NCBI RefSeq assembly: GCF_023585785.1
Contig: NZ_CP097765.1
Location: 90,001 to 122,000, forward strand
Direction of reading: 5' to 3'
DNA from: Blochmannia endosymbiont of Camponotus modoc
GTDB taxonomy: Bacteria; Pseudomonadota; Gammaproteobacteria; Enterobacterales; Enterobacteriaceae
DNA length: 32,000 bases
Positions 20,035 through 31,417 of the stretch are shown here, piece by piece; position 1 is the first letter of the stretch; each line of letters opens with the position of its first letter. The translations under genes were made by a program, and so were the position numbers. Below the pieces are notes generated by a model. The model made no database searches and was not told where the DNA came from. It saw only the letters and a list, made by a program, of their open reading frames with translations.

Positions 20035-22185
20035 ATGGTATATGGTAAGTTTTTTTATAGTCATGAAATATTAATGCATATGATATTATTTTTGATATGT
20101 TTTGTGTTAATCATATTTACTGTTAATAATTCTCAAGCTAATTCAAATGATGTATCTGTTAGCAGTAGACATAAAGATACTTCGATATCAATATTTAGTA
20201 GCATACAAGAACTACCTATATTACTCCAAGGAAAAATGCATGATGATGTCATAACTGTTATTTCGACAAAAAATTCCCCGTTGATTTTTAGTGATTCTCC
20301 TGCAACATCTTTGCAGTCGTTGTATGTAATTGATGTTTCTGATTATTTAAAAGGTATTGCTGGATTCTCTGCTATTCGTAATGGAGGAGTGAATAACGAA
20401 CCAGTGTTTAGGGGAATGTTTGGATCTCGAATACGTATTTTGATGGATAATGGAGAAATACTTGGTGCCTGTTGTTCTCATATGGATCCTGTTAGTGCTT
20501 ATATTTTTCCTGAGACTTTTGATATTTTAAATATCATTAAAGGCCCTCAAACAGTACTATGGGGTCCTGTAACATCTGCGGGTACGTTGCAATTTGAACG
20601 ATATCATCCTCGATTTGATAAATCAAAAATTCAATTGCGTAGTAATGTAACAATCGGTGCAAATAATAAAATAGATAAAAATATAGATAGTATTATGGGG
20701 AGCAAATACGGCTATATTAGATTGATAGGCAATATTTCTCGTTCAGACGACTATCATGATGGTAATAAAGACCAGGTACATTCTGCGTGGTATAAATGGA
20801 ACGCTGATGCGATTTTGTCATTTAATTTGAGTGCAGATACATATTTAGAAGTCAGCCTAGGACAGGGAAATGGTACTGCAAATTATGCCGCTCGATCTAT
20901 GGATGGGTTATGTTTTGCTAGAGAAAGTTATGGAATGAAAATAGAAACTTTAGATATCAGCAAAATATTAGATAAAATTGAATTGCAAGCTTGGCATAAT
21001 TATGTAAGCCATATTATGGCTGATACTGTGTCTCATAATACAGAACTATCTACTGGAAAATGCTGTGGGTTTAGTAGTGGTAATATTAACAATAATGTTG
21101 ATCGATTAATATGGGGTGCACGAGGTATTACTGTATCTCAATGGGACAATATCAAATGTCATAGTGGCGCAGATGTTCAAATTAATACACATAGAAAACG
21201 TATAGAATCTAATTCTAATTGGAAAACGGACATTGTCTCTCGAGACACTGGTATATTTACCGAATTGATCGTTGATTCATTGTCAAACAGAAGATTTATT
21301 GGAGGGACACGACTGGAATACAGTGTAATTAATTTTAATAATTGTTCTAAATATAAACGACATGGTATAGTATATCCTGCTGGGTTTGTACGCTATGAAG
21401 ATAATATCAATCCGTTGTTGTCGTATTATATTGGTGTAGGTACAAGTTTTCGTTTGCCTGATTATTGGGAGTTATCTTATACTAAATCCGGAGAAAATAT
21501 TAATAATATAGATGATATTTTAAAATTAAAACCTGAAAAAACTGTTCAGATAGATATAGGAGCATGTTTTCAACATCTACAAATAAATGGATGGATATCA
21601 TCTTATGCTGGATATGTTAAAGATTTTATCGTATGTGATTATCGCAATGATGATACCATACAAGATGGTATTATTTACGCAGAGAACATTCATGCTAAAA
21701 TATGCGGAACTGAAGTAGGATTAAATTATCAATTTAATGAGCATTGGCACACTGCAACTAATATCTCGTGGTCCTGGGGCATGAATATTGATAATGGTTG
21801 CACTTTATTCAGAACGCCTCCATTGGAGGGTAGGGTTACATGCCAATGGATACGAGGAAGTTATAGTATAGCTGCTAAGTGGAGATTGGCATTGGCGCAA
21901 TCTATTAATAATTCGTTGATGTCACAGGAATCTTTTGTTTCTAGAAATATGTTGCCTCATACAAGTGTAAATTGTAATACTTCAGGATTTGGAATATTAT
22001 CCATGAATTTTGCGTGGAAAAGTTCCCAATTTTATAAATTTAGCATTGGTGTAGATAATTTACTAAATCATTCTTATAGAGAATATCTGAATTCGTATGT
22101 TCATAAACGACTTGGATATCCTTCTGGCACTCTGATTTATGAACCAGGGCGTACCTGGTGGATTAAATTAGGTATGGAGTTATGA
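20035..22185 (+). CDS. TonB-dependent copper receptor, OprC/NosA type
   Basis: 716 aa; signal-peptide-like N-terminus, TonB-box-like DDVITVIS, plug motifs VFRGMFGSRIRILMDNG, HMDPVSAYIFPETFDILNIIKGPQTVLWGP, CxxxM (CCSHM) and HxM (HIM), C-terminal barrel. Confidence 0.87.
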   Translation: MVYGKFFYSHEILMHMILFLICFVLIIFTVNNSQANSNDVSVSSRHKDTSISIFSSIQELPILLQGKMHDDVITVISTKNSPLIFSDSPATSLQSLYVIDVSDYLKGIAGFSAIRNGGVNNEPVFRGMFGSRIRILMDNGEILGACCSHMDPVSAYIFPETFDILNIIKGPQTVLWGPVTSAGTLQFERYHPRFDKSKIQLRSNVTIGANNKIDKNIDSIMGSKYGYIRLIGNISRSDDYHDGNKDQVHSAWYKWNADAILSFNLSADTYLEVSLGQGNGTANYAARSMDGLCFARESYGMKIETLDISKILDKIELQAWHNYVSHIMADTVSHNTELSTGKCCGFSSGNINNNVDRLIWGARGITVSQWDNIKCHSGADVQINTHRKRIESNSNWKTDIVSRDTGIFTELIVDSLSNRRFIGGTRLEYSVINFNNCSKYKRHGIVYPAGFVRYEDNINPLLSYYIGVGTSFRLPDYWELSYTKSGENINNIDDILKLKPEKTVQIDIGACFQHLQINGWISSYAGYVKDFIVCDYRNDDTIQDGIIYAENIHAKICGTEVGLNYQFNEHWHTATNISWSWGMNIDNGCTLFRTPPLEGRVTCQWIRGSYSIAAKWRLALAQSINNSLMSQESFVSRNMLPHTSVNCNTSGFGILSMNFAWKSSQFYKFSIGVDNLLNHSYREYLNSYVHKRLGYPSGTLIYEPGRTWWIKLGMEL

Positions 22186-22310
22186 GTTATAAACATAAAC
22201 AAAAGATAAAAAATCTTTACTGATATTAATGTGATTGATGCAACGAGTATGTATGAATTTACCATGATTTTTGAAAAAAACCTAACAGATGGACTTGCAT
22301 TTCACATTGG

Positions 22311-22329
22311 ATATTAACGGTGTTAATAT
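22311..22329. repeat. Small perfect inverted repeat between convergent receptor and infA genes
   Basis: atattaac-ggt-gttaatat, 8-bp arms. Confidence 0.6.
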
Positions 22330-22363
22330 ATAATATATAAAAGTTTAAATTAAGTTTTGATTA

Positions 22364-22582
22364 TTATCGGCTACGGAAAATAATCCTTCCTTTACTTAAA
22401 TCGTATGGTGTCAGTTCAACGGTGACTTTGTCTCCTGTTAATATTCGAATGTAGTTTTTTCTTATTTTTCCAGAAATATGTGCTACAACGACGTGTCCGT
22501 TTTCTAATTTTACACGAAACATCGTATTAGGCAAGGTATCTAATACTGTACCGTGCATTTCGAAACTATCTTCTTTTGTCAT
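22364..22582 (-). CDS. infA: Translation initiation factor IF-1
   Basis: 72 aa; [56 protein letters not shown]. Confidence 0.99.
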   Translation of the reverse strand: MTKEDSFEMHGTVLDTLPNTMFRVKLENGHVVVAHISGKIRKNYIRILTGDKVTVELTPYDLSKGRIIFRSR

Positions 22583-23084
22583 TATGATCTCTAAAAAATT
22601 AAATAAACGATTCGGAATTTTCTCATAAGATTAGAAGCTAATCAAGTGTTGATTTTATTCGTACGATAATTGAAATATTTAATTTTAATAAATTTATTAG
22701 AAAAGTTCATTTTTTGTCAAATACAATTACTACATTATAACTATAATAATAGACTATAATTGGGATCTATATTATTAGAATTTGGTTACTTGTTTCATTT
22801 GCTTTAGACGTCATATATATTACTTACTGCTTCAGTACAAATCCTGTTTTTGTTTTGTATTTTATGTATTCAGATTGTAATATATTCACTATATATTTGT
22901 GTAGTTAACTCCATATATCTATTCAACGTTGTTGCTACGTATTCTGAATAGCACTAAACATTATTTTTTTTACTTATTAAATATTAATTTTTATTTTTAG
23001 ATTTTGTAAGTACGAATAATTATATATTTTATTTAAAAATTAATGGATAGTTTTATTTGAATTTTGTTTTATTTGTTTAGTATA

Positions 23085-24056
<972 letters not shown>

Positions 24057-24681
24057 TTATATGCTGATTAAGTATATTGTAGTAAGCATTATATTTTGGT
24101 TTCTAATATTAATAGAAAACAGATGCAATATTATAATTTAAAAATAAATTATTACTTAGTTTAAATTATTCTTAAAAATCATATTTTTCTATGTATGTTT
24201 CTATGCATAGAAATGTATTTTTAACGATATTAATGTTTGATCGGATACATAATTCTTATGTAGTTGCAAATAAGGATCGCAGTCAAAACTACAAATTTTA
24301 TTATTATATAACAAAATTACTGTAATTAATACTAACTCACACAAAAAATCGTATGTATTTGCGAGATATGTTTGCAATATGCATCAAGCGTTTTATATAA
24401 ACTTAAAAGTATTTGTTAGTTTTATTAGGATTTTAATTTTTGTTAAAGATATATATGGTGTTGAAGTAATATATTTGAAACATTATTTGTTTATAACTTC
24501 ATAAATTAGAGCATATATATAGCATGTATATTGAATCCATGACACAATGATATTATGTGCAATTGTTTATATGAATTAACAAACAGTATCATTATTACTT
24601 AAATATAAAGCAATACTTGATATAAATAAAATAATTATTACATAAAAATGATTATCAATACTTAATTAAGAGATATCTTTA

Positions 24682-27063
24682 GTGATTAATGTTATATTGA
24701 TTGGTGTAAGTATAATTTTATTATATTTAATTATTTCATTAATTAGTTTTAATCCTGCAGATCCTGGCTGGTTACAGACTATGTGGGATGGATCTATTCA
24801 TAATGTTGGAGGTATGTTAGGAGCGAAAATTTCTGATTTTTTATTTTTTATTTTTGGTATTCCAGTTTATATAATTCCGTTATTTCTCTTCTTTTATCTT
24901 TGGAAAATTTGTGTGCAGGGTATGCGTATTACTGTTTTTATTTTTATATTTAAATTAATAGGTATCTTGATATTATTATTCGCGTGTTGTGGATTAGCTC
25001 ATATAACAATCGATAATTTTTTTTATTTTTCTTCTGGAGGCATAGTAGGAAGCATATCGTATGATATTATTTCATCTTATGAAAAAATGACTCATCATGT
25101 CAGTATAATTTTATTTTTTTTAATTGGAATTATTGATATTACAGTGTTTTTTAATAAATTTTTTGGGATGATTCTAAAAACTATTAAGAATCAATTATTT
25201 AATTATTTACGCTATTTAAACGCATTATTTTTTTTTACAAAAAAATATCGATATCAATTTATTCATCAAAAATCGTGTGCTAAACGACTCATGTATCCAT
25301 TGGTTTTTTCTACACAAGATCCTAATTTTTTTAAAAATTTAAAAAATGATTTATTAAACATACAAATCATCCCTGATGTATCTAACAATATTAGTAGATC
25401 TACTAAGCAATTTAATCCTATTTTAAAAAATAATTCTTTTAAAATGAAATGCATTTCAGCGATAAAGATATTTAGTCAAGGTCTCGATTTTATTGAGCGC
25501 TTGTTATTTTGTTCTAAACTATGGATAAGCAGGGCAGGTTACAACGATTATCAAAAAAAATATGTGACTAATGTTGTTTATAAAGGAAAAAATTGTTCTG
25601 TAAAAATTAATAAATTTGATAAAACAATTTGTAGTAGCAATGACAATATACATTGTGTTGACAAAAGAGAACAAAAATATAATGTATCATTGATACAAGA
25701 TTTAAATGTAATACGTACTGATAGAAATAATATTGATCAAAAAATTCCCGTATTTGTTAAAAAAAACATAAAACAACATGTACCTTTGTTTAAATATAAA
25801 AAAATCCCCACGGGACATCCTACTCTATGTTATGACAATCGTGCTGCTACTTTTCCAGATATAGGCTTATTGACTACATCTTCTTCAGAAAAAACAACGA
25901 TAGACTTCTTGGAATTAAAAAAAATTTCTCAATTGTTAGAATCGAAACTATTGGAATATCACATTATAGCAAATGTGGCTAATATTGTTCCTGGACCGGT
26001 AATTACTCGATTTGAGTTGAATTTATCACCGGGTATAAAATCTTCAAGAATTTCTAATTTATCACGCGATTTAGCTCGTGTTTTATACACAAATTCTGTT
26101 AAAGTGGTAGATGTAATTCCGGGTACTCCATATGTTGGATTAGAAATTCCTAATAAACAGCGCAGAACAGTATATCTAGGAGATATAATTGGTTCAGATC
26201 AGTTTAGGAATATCAATACTCCATTAGCGTTGGTCTTGGGAAAGGATATAGCTGGATACCCATTAATTGTAGATCTTAAATCTCTACCTCATTTATTAGT
26301 TGCCGGTACTACTGGATCAGGTAAATCTGTGGGGATTAATGCTATGATTATTAGTCTTTTATATAAAGCTACGCCAGAAGAAGTGCGTTTTATTATGATT
26401 GATCCTAAAATTTTAGAATTATCAATATATTCAGGTATTCCTCATCTTTTAAAACAAATTATTACCAATACACAAGAAGTTTATGAAGTATTACAATGGT
26501 GTGTAAAGGAAATGGAGCGTCGTTATAAATTGATGGCTATGCTCAGTGTTCGGAATTTAGAAAATTATAATAGCCATATAACGCAATTTTATTCTAAAGA
26601 ATATGTAGCAAATAATATTATCAGCAAATATGTGAATAATAATACTGCATCTTGTTCTAATACATTAGACAAATTACCTTATATTGTAATTATTGTAGAT
26701 GAATTTTCAGATTTGATGATGACTACAACAAAAAAAGTGGAAGAATTAGTGATTCGTTTAACACAAAAGGCTCGAGCTGCTGGGATTCATGTAATATTAG
26801 CAACTCAAAGACCATCAGTGGATGTAATTACTGGGGTAATTAAAGCAAATATTCCAGCTCGTATAGCTTTTACTGTATCGAGTAAAATAGATTCTCGTAC
26901 TATTCTTGATCAATCTGGAGCAGAATCTTTATTAGGTATGGGCGATATGTTATATGTAGGGCCTCACTCGTCCATGGCTACTCGGGTACATGGAGCCTTC
27001 ATAGAAGATCGAGAAATACATGCAGTAGTTAATTTTTGGAAAAATCAAACGATTAGTTCATGA
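24682..27063 (+). CDS. ftsK: DNA translocase FtsK, short form without gamma domain
   Basis: N-terminal transmembrane region; motor with LVAGTTGSGKSVGINAMI, FIMIDPKILELSIYSGIPHLL, VDEFSDLMM, HVILATQRPSVDVITGVIKANIPARIAF; ends shortly after MATRVHGAFIEDREIHAVVNFWK. Confidence 0.95.
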   Translation: MINVILIGVSIILLYLIISLISFNPADPGWLQTMWDGSIHNVGGMLGAKISDFLFFIFGIPVYIIPLFLFFYLWKICVQGMRITVFIFIFKLIGILILLFACCGLAHITIDNFFYFSSGGIVGSISYDIISSYEKMTHHVSIILFFLIGIIDITVFFNKFFGMILKTIKNQLFNYLRYLNALFFFTKKYRYQFIHQKSCAKRLMYPLVFSTQDPNFFKNLKNDLLNIQIIPDVSNNISRSTKQFNPILKNNSFKMKCISAIKIFSQGLDFIERLLFCSKLWISRAGYNDYQKKYVTNVVYKGKNCSVKINKFDKTICSSNDNIHCVDKREQKYNVSLIQDLNVIRTDRNNIDQKIPVFVKKNIKQHVPLFKYKKIPTGHPTLCYDNRAATFPDIGLLTTSSSEKTTIDFLELKKISQLLESKLLEYHIIANVANIVPGPVITRFELNLSPGIKSSRISNLSRDLARVLYTNSVKVVDVIPGTPYVGLEIPNKQRRTVYLGDIIGSDQFRNINTPLALVLGKDIAGYPLIVDLKSLPHLLVAGTTGSGKSVGINAMIISLLYKATPEEVRFIMIDPKILELSIYSGIPHLLKQIITNTQEVYEVLQWCVKEMERRYKLMAMLSVRNLENYNSHITQFYSKEYVANNIISKYVNNNTASCSNTLDKLPYIVIIVDEFSDLMMTTTKKVEELVIRLTQKARAAGIHVILATQRPSVDVITGVIKANIPARIAFTVSSKIDSRTILDQSGAESLLGMGDMLYVGPHSSMATRVHGAFIEDREIHAVVNFWKNQTISS

Positions 27064-27179
27064 TCCTTTCTGAATAATCAGAATTATTATATCTTGTATA
27101 GGGATGTATATATACAGATATATAATGTTATTGTTTATTTAAACAAATATATAATGATAATGGAGATAATTAATTCAGA

Positions 27180-27797
27180 ATGACGAAACAGATAATATAT
27201 GCTGTTTTTTTAAGCGTTATTATAGCTATTACGGTAGTAGCTGATGATGCATCTGTTTTTGTTTTACAAAATCGCCTTAAAAAAATAAATAATTTTTATG
27301 TACATTTTATTCAGAAAGTTATTAATTCTGATAAAAATGTGGTGTTAGAATACCATGGAGAATTATGGATAAAACGTCCTAATTTACTTAATTGGCATGT
27401 GATATCCCCTGAAGAAAATTTTTTGATATCTGATGGGAAAACACTTTGGTTTTATATTCCTTCTATCAAACAAGTTACTGCGTATCGGTTGCGAAACTTT
27501 TCTGATAATATTTTTTTTATGTTATTTTCTAGTCACAATATACATGAATGGAATGAATATACTGTATCCCAGCAAGGGGATTTTTTTTATTTAATACCGA
27601 TAAGTAATGATTTTAATTTAAAAGAATGTAGAATTAAAATTACTGATCAGGGTATAATCGAGAAGTTTAGTATTTTCGAAGAAAAAGGACAACGTGTAGA
27701 TTACTATTTATTAGATCAAAATAATAATGACATTGATATAAGTAAGTTTTATTTCGCTCCTTCTAAGGATATCCAAGTAGACGATCAAAGAAAATAA
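27180..27797 (+). CDS. lolA: Outer-membrane lipoprotein carrier protein LolA
   Basis: 205 aa; signal peptide, LQNRLKKINNFYVHFIQKV, GELWIKRPNLLNWHVISPEENFLISDGKTLWFYIP; downstream of ftsK. Confidence 0.93.
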   Translation: MTKQIIYAVFLSVIIAITVVADDASVFVLQNRLKKINNFYVHFIQKVINSDKNVVLEYHGELWIKRPNLLNWHVISPEENFLISDGKTLWFYIPSIKQVTAYRLRNFSDNIFFMLFSSHNIHEWNEYTVSQQGDFFYLIPISNDFNLKECRIKITDQGIIEKFSIFEEKGQRVDYYLLDQNNNDIDISKFYFAPSKDIQVDDQRK

Positions 27798-28573
27798 TAT
27801 CTATTAGATATTTTAATTTAAATTTTTGTTAAATAAATAAGAAAAATTATTTTTTTATGCGAGATATATACCAAAAGTCATATAAAGTACGTTCAGTTAA
27901 TTTTTATTGATATGTTGTAAGGAATTTGACGTGTATCGCGATATCTATATAATAAAAGAAATTTAGAAAATGTTGTAGTTCGATATTCCATAATAATAAA
28001 ACATATTTGATTATTGTATTATTTCTATATTAGTTTTCACGAAATATTAACAGAATACATATTTTGTATTATCGAAAGATAATGGAAGTATTATTATGAG
28101 AATGTATATGATTTTAAAAGTCATATATATATGACATATATCTTTGTTCTTTAATAAAGATGCGGTAAATTCATTTGAATTGTTTTTAAGTTATTGCCTA
28201 TATAATATATGGGTGTGTTTATATATGAAAGAGGTATGTTTTTATAAAAGAATCAAAAAAATACTATAAAGTAGTGCTACTACTGTGCATAGTGTGCAAA
28301 TGTGTTGTGTTTACAAACATTAATTGTTTTTAGATATTTTTAAAGAGTTAAATTGGATAGGCACTAGGAAAGTGCAAATATGCACTTGAAATATCATTAA
28401 CATAATAAACCATGAGATTTTACATTTGGTATAGTGAATTATATGATATTGTGGATTGTAATAAATAATAATATGGTATGAATTTATTATAATAGTGTAA
28501 ATTTGTTGTAGTTGTGAAAAAATATATTATTAGTAAAATTAGTATATGATAAAACGAATAGTATAGGTTAGAT

Positions 28574-29860
28574 ATGATTGATCCCAATTTGTTGCGCAGT
28601 AATCTTGATTTGGTTGCTAAAAAGCTTGCTCGTAGAAAGTTTATACTAAATATTAATAAATTTCGTCAGCAAGAGAGTTTGAGAAAAATTTTACAAAAGA
28701 AAACTGAAAGTTTACAGACAGAACGTAAAGCTAAGGCTAAAATTATAGGAATAGCTAAGTCTCGTGGAGAAAATGTAGAATTTTTATGTCAAGAAGCATA
28801 TGTTTTAGGAAAAAAATTAACTTCTCTTAAACTTGAAAATAAAGCATTAAAAAACAGGATTAAACAATTTGAGTTATCTTTACCGAATATTCCAGATGAT
28901 CAAGTGCCTTATGGATTTAGAGATCAAGATAATTTAGAAATTATGCGTTGGGGTAAACCGGTTCAATATAATTTTCCAATACGGGATCATGTAGCGTTGG
29001 GCGCATTAACTAATGGTTTAGATTTTGCTAACGCAACAAAATTAACTGGATCACGTTTTATCGTAATGAAAGGACAAATAGCGCATTTGCATCGCGCTTT
29101 GTCTCAATTTATGATAGATTTGCATGTTAAATGTCATGGATACGAAGAGTATTATCTACCATATTTAGTAAATCAGGAATCTTTATATGGTGCAGGTCAA
29201 TTACCAAAATTTTATGAAGACTTGTTTCATATGCAACACTTACAATCTGAAACCAATCCATACGCATTAATACCTACCGCTGAAGTACCTCTAATCAATT
29301 TAGTTCGTGATGTAATTCTTGATGAAGAAGAATTACCCATTAAGATGGTTGCTCATACTCCATGTTTCCGTTATGAAGCAGGATCATATGGTCATCATAC
29401 TCGTGGATTAATTAGGATGCATCAATTTGACAAAGTTGAAATGGTTCAAGTAGTACATCCAGATAAATCTATGCAGATATTAGAAGAAATAACTAGTCAT
29501 GCGGAGAAAGTATTGCAATTACTTAAATTACCATATAGGAAAATATTATTATGCACAGGAAATATTGGATTTTCTTCGTGCAAAACATATGATTTGGAAG
29601 TATGGCTTCCAGCGTATAATGCTTATTGCGAGGTTTCTTCTTGTTCAAATGTTGGAGATTTTCAAGCGCGTCGTATAAGAGCGCGATATAAAGGAAGAAT
29701 GCATAGAAAAACGAGATTATTACATACTTTAAATGCTTCTGGAGTAGCAATAGGTCGAGCATTAGCAGCGGTGCTTGAAAATTATCAATTAGAAGATGGA
29801 CGAGTGGCGATTCCTTCGGTGCTATATCCTTATATGAGTGATATAACACATATTAATTGA
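28574..29860 (+). CDS. serS: Seryl-tRNA synthetase
   Basis: 428 aa; class II motifs ([65 protein letters not shown]). Confidence 0.98.
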   Translation: MIDPNLLRSNLDLVAKKLARRKFILNINKFRQQESLRKILQKKTESLQTERKAKAKIIGIAKSRGENVEFLCQEAYVLGKKLTSLKLENKALKNRIKQFELSLPNIPDDQVPYGFRDQDNLEIMRWGKPVQYNFPIRDHVALGALTNGLDFANATKLTGSRFIVMKGQIAHLHRALSQFMIDLHVKCHGYEEYYLPYLVNQESLYGAGQLPKFYEDLFHMQHLQSETNPYALIPTAEVPLINLVRDVILDEEELPIKMVAHTPCFRYEAGSYGHHTRGLIRMHQFDKVEMVQVVHPDKSMQILEEITSHAEKVLQLLKLPYRKILLCTGNIGFSSCKTYDLEVWLPAYNAYCEVSSCSNVGDFQARRIRARYKGRMHRKTRLLHTLNASGVAIGRALAAVLENYQLEDGRVAIPSVLYPYMSDITHIN

Positions 29861-30198
29861 ATATTAATTTTTAAATATAGGTTTTTGGTTTAATTAATTG
29901 TTATTATTATTGTTAAATAAATAAATGTATATATTTATTATGAGTAATTAGATCATTGAATTAAAGATAATAATAAGAAAAATTCATTATTTTTGATAAA
30001 AAAATTTTATTTTTTCATTGTACATTGAAAATGTTGTTTAGGATAAAACAAGAGTTTTCGTTTTATTATATTGAATGAAAATTTCAATACAGTGTGTTGC
30101 TTAACATTATTTTATATTTTTTAATTATTATTTTCAATAGTAGTTCATTATGAAGGATACTGTTTTAATTAATTTAATTATTTATGATCGATCATTAT

Positions 30199-31287
30199 AT
30201 GAATAAAGTATTCAATTTTAGCGCGGGTCCAGCAATGTTGCCAAAACAAGTTTTAAGGCAAGTTAAAGAAGAATTATATAATTGGAATAATATGGGCATA
30301 TCTGTCATAGAGATAAGTCATCGTAGTAAAGAATTTTTACAATTAATGCAAGAAGCGAAACAAGATATGCGTGATCTTCTTGATATTCCAGAAACTTATG
30401 AAGTTTTATTTTGTCATGGTGGGGCGCGTGCACAATTTTCTGCGATTCCTATGAATTTATTAAACAAATCTTCAGAACGAGTTGATTATATAAAAACTGG
30501 GTATTGGGCATACAATGCAGCAATAGAAGCAAAAAAATATTGTGATCCACGTATAATTAATGTGGTCGGAAAAAAAAATGGACTATATAATATTCAACCT
30601 ATATCTAAATGGGATGTTTCTGAAAATAGTCTGTATATTCATTATTGTCCTAATGAAACTATTGATGGAATAGCTGTATATGAAACCCCAAATTTTTCTG
30701 ATAAAATAGTGGTAGCAGATTGTTCTTCAACTTTATTTTCGGGTCCACTGAATATAAACCGTTTTGGTATAATTTATGCTACGGCTCAAAAAAACATTGG
30801 AATATCTGGTTTGACCGTAATAATTATCAGAAAAGATTTACTGAAAGAACCTTACCGAGTAGTACCTTCTATTTTAAATTATAAAATTTTAGCTGATAAT
30901 TTCTCAATGTTTAATACGCCTGTTACTGTATCTTGGTATGTTGCTAGTTTAATGTTTAAATGGTTAAAAACACAAGGAGGCTTAAAGGAAATTAATAAAC
31001 GTAATCAAGAAAAATCAGCTCTTTTATATAATGCTATTGACTCTAGTAATTTCTATTATAATAACATTAGTTTATCTAATCGTTCATATATGAATATCCC
31101 CTTTTTTTTAGAAAACAATAAATTAAATGATCTTTTTTTAAAAGAATCAATATCTTTCGGATTGCATGGTTTGAAAGGACATAAAGTAGTGGGGGGTATG
31201 CGGGCATCTTTATATAATGCCATGACATTAGAAGGTGTAAAAAAATTAATTAGATTTATGAAATTATTTTCTGAAAAATATCGCTAA
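30199..31287 (+). CDS. serC: Phosphoserine aminotransferase
   Basis: [36 protein letters not shown]-like ([20 protein letters not shown]), [18 protein letters not shown]. The ORF opens at 30184; ATG 30199 matches the family start. Confidence 0.96.
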   Translation: MNKVFNFSAGPAMLPKQVLRQVKEELYNWNNMGISVIEISHRSKEFLQLMQEAKQDMRDLLDIPETYEVLFCHGGARAQFSAIPMNLLNKSSERVDYIKTGYWAYNAAIEAKKYCDPRIINVVGKKNGLYNIQPISKWDVSENSLYIHYCPNETIDGIAVYETPNFSDKIVVADCSSTLFSGPLNINRFGIIYATAQKNIGISGLTVIIIRKDLLKEPYRVVPSILNYKILADNFSMFNTPVTVSWYVASLMFKWLKTQGGLKEINKRNQEKSALLYNAIDSSNFYYNNISLSNRSYMNIPFFLENNKLNDLFLKESISFGLHGLKGHKVVGGMRASLYNAMTLEGVKKLIRFMKLFSEKYR

Positions 31288-31417
31288 TTAGATTCAATCG
31301 ATTGCTATGTCCATGTGTTAAATCGTTAAATGCAATCACATATTATTATTGTAAATGGTGTATTATGAGTTATTAATTTCAAGAATTAAATTTTTTTATA
31401 TAAAAAGTTGGTGAAAA

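Noticed and set aside
22186-22363. tRNA-Ser expected next to infA in E. coli (serW)
   Set aside because: No tRNA-like T-loop or acceptor stem could be read in this interval on either strand.
25266-25454. 62-aa minus ORF within ftsK linker
   Set aside because: Antisense shadow in low-complexity linker coding DNA.
29523-29849. 108-aa minus ORF in serS
   Set aside because: Antisense to the conserved catalytic region of serS.
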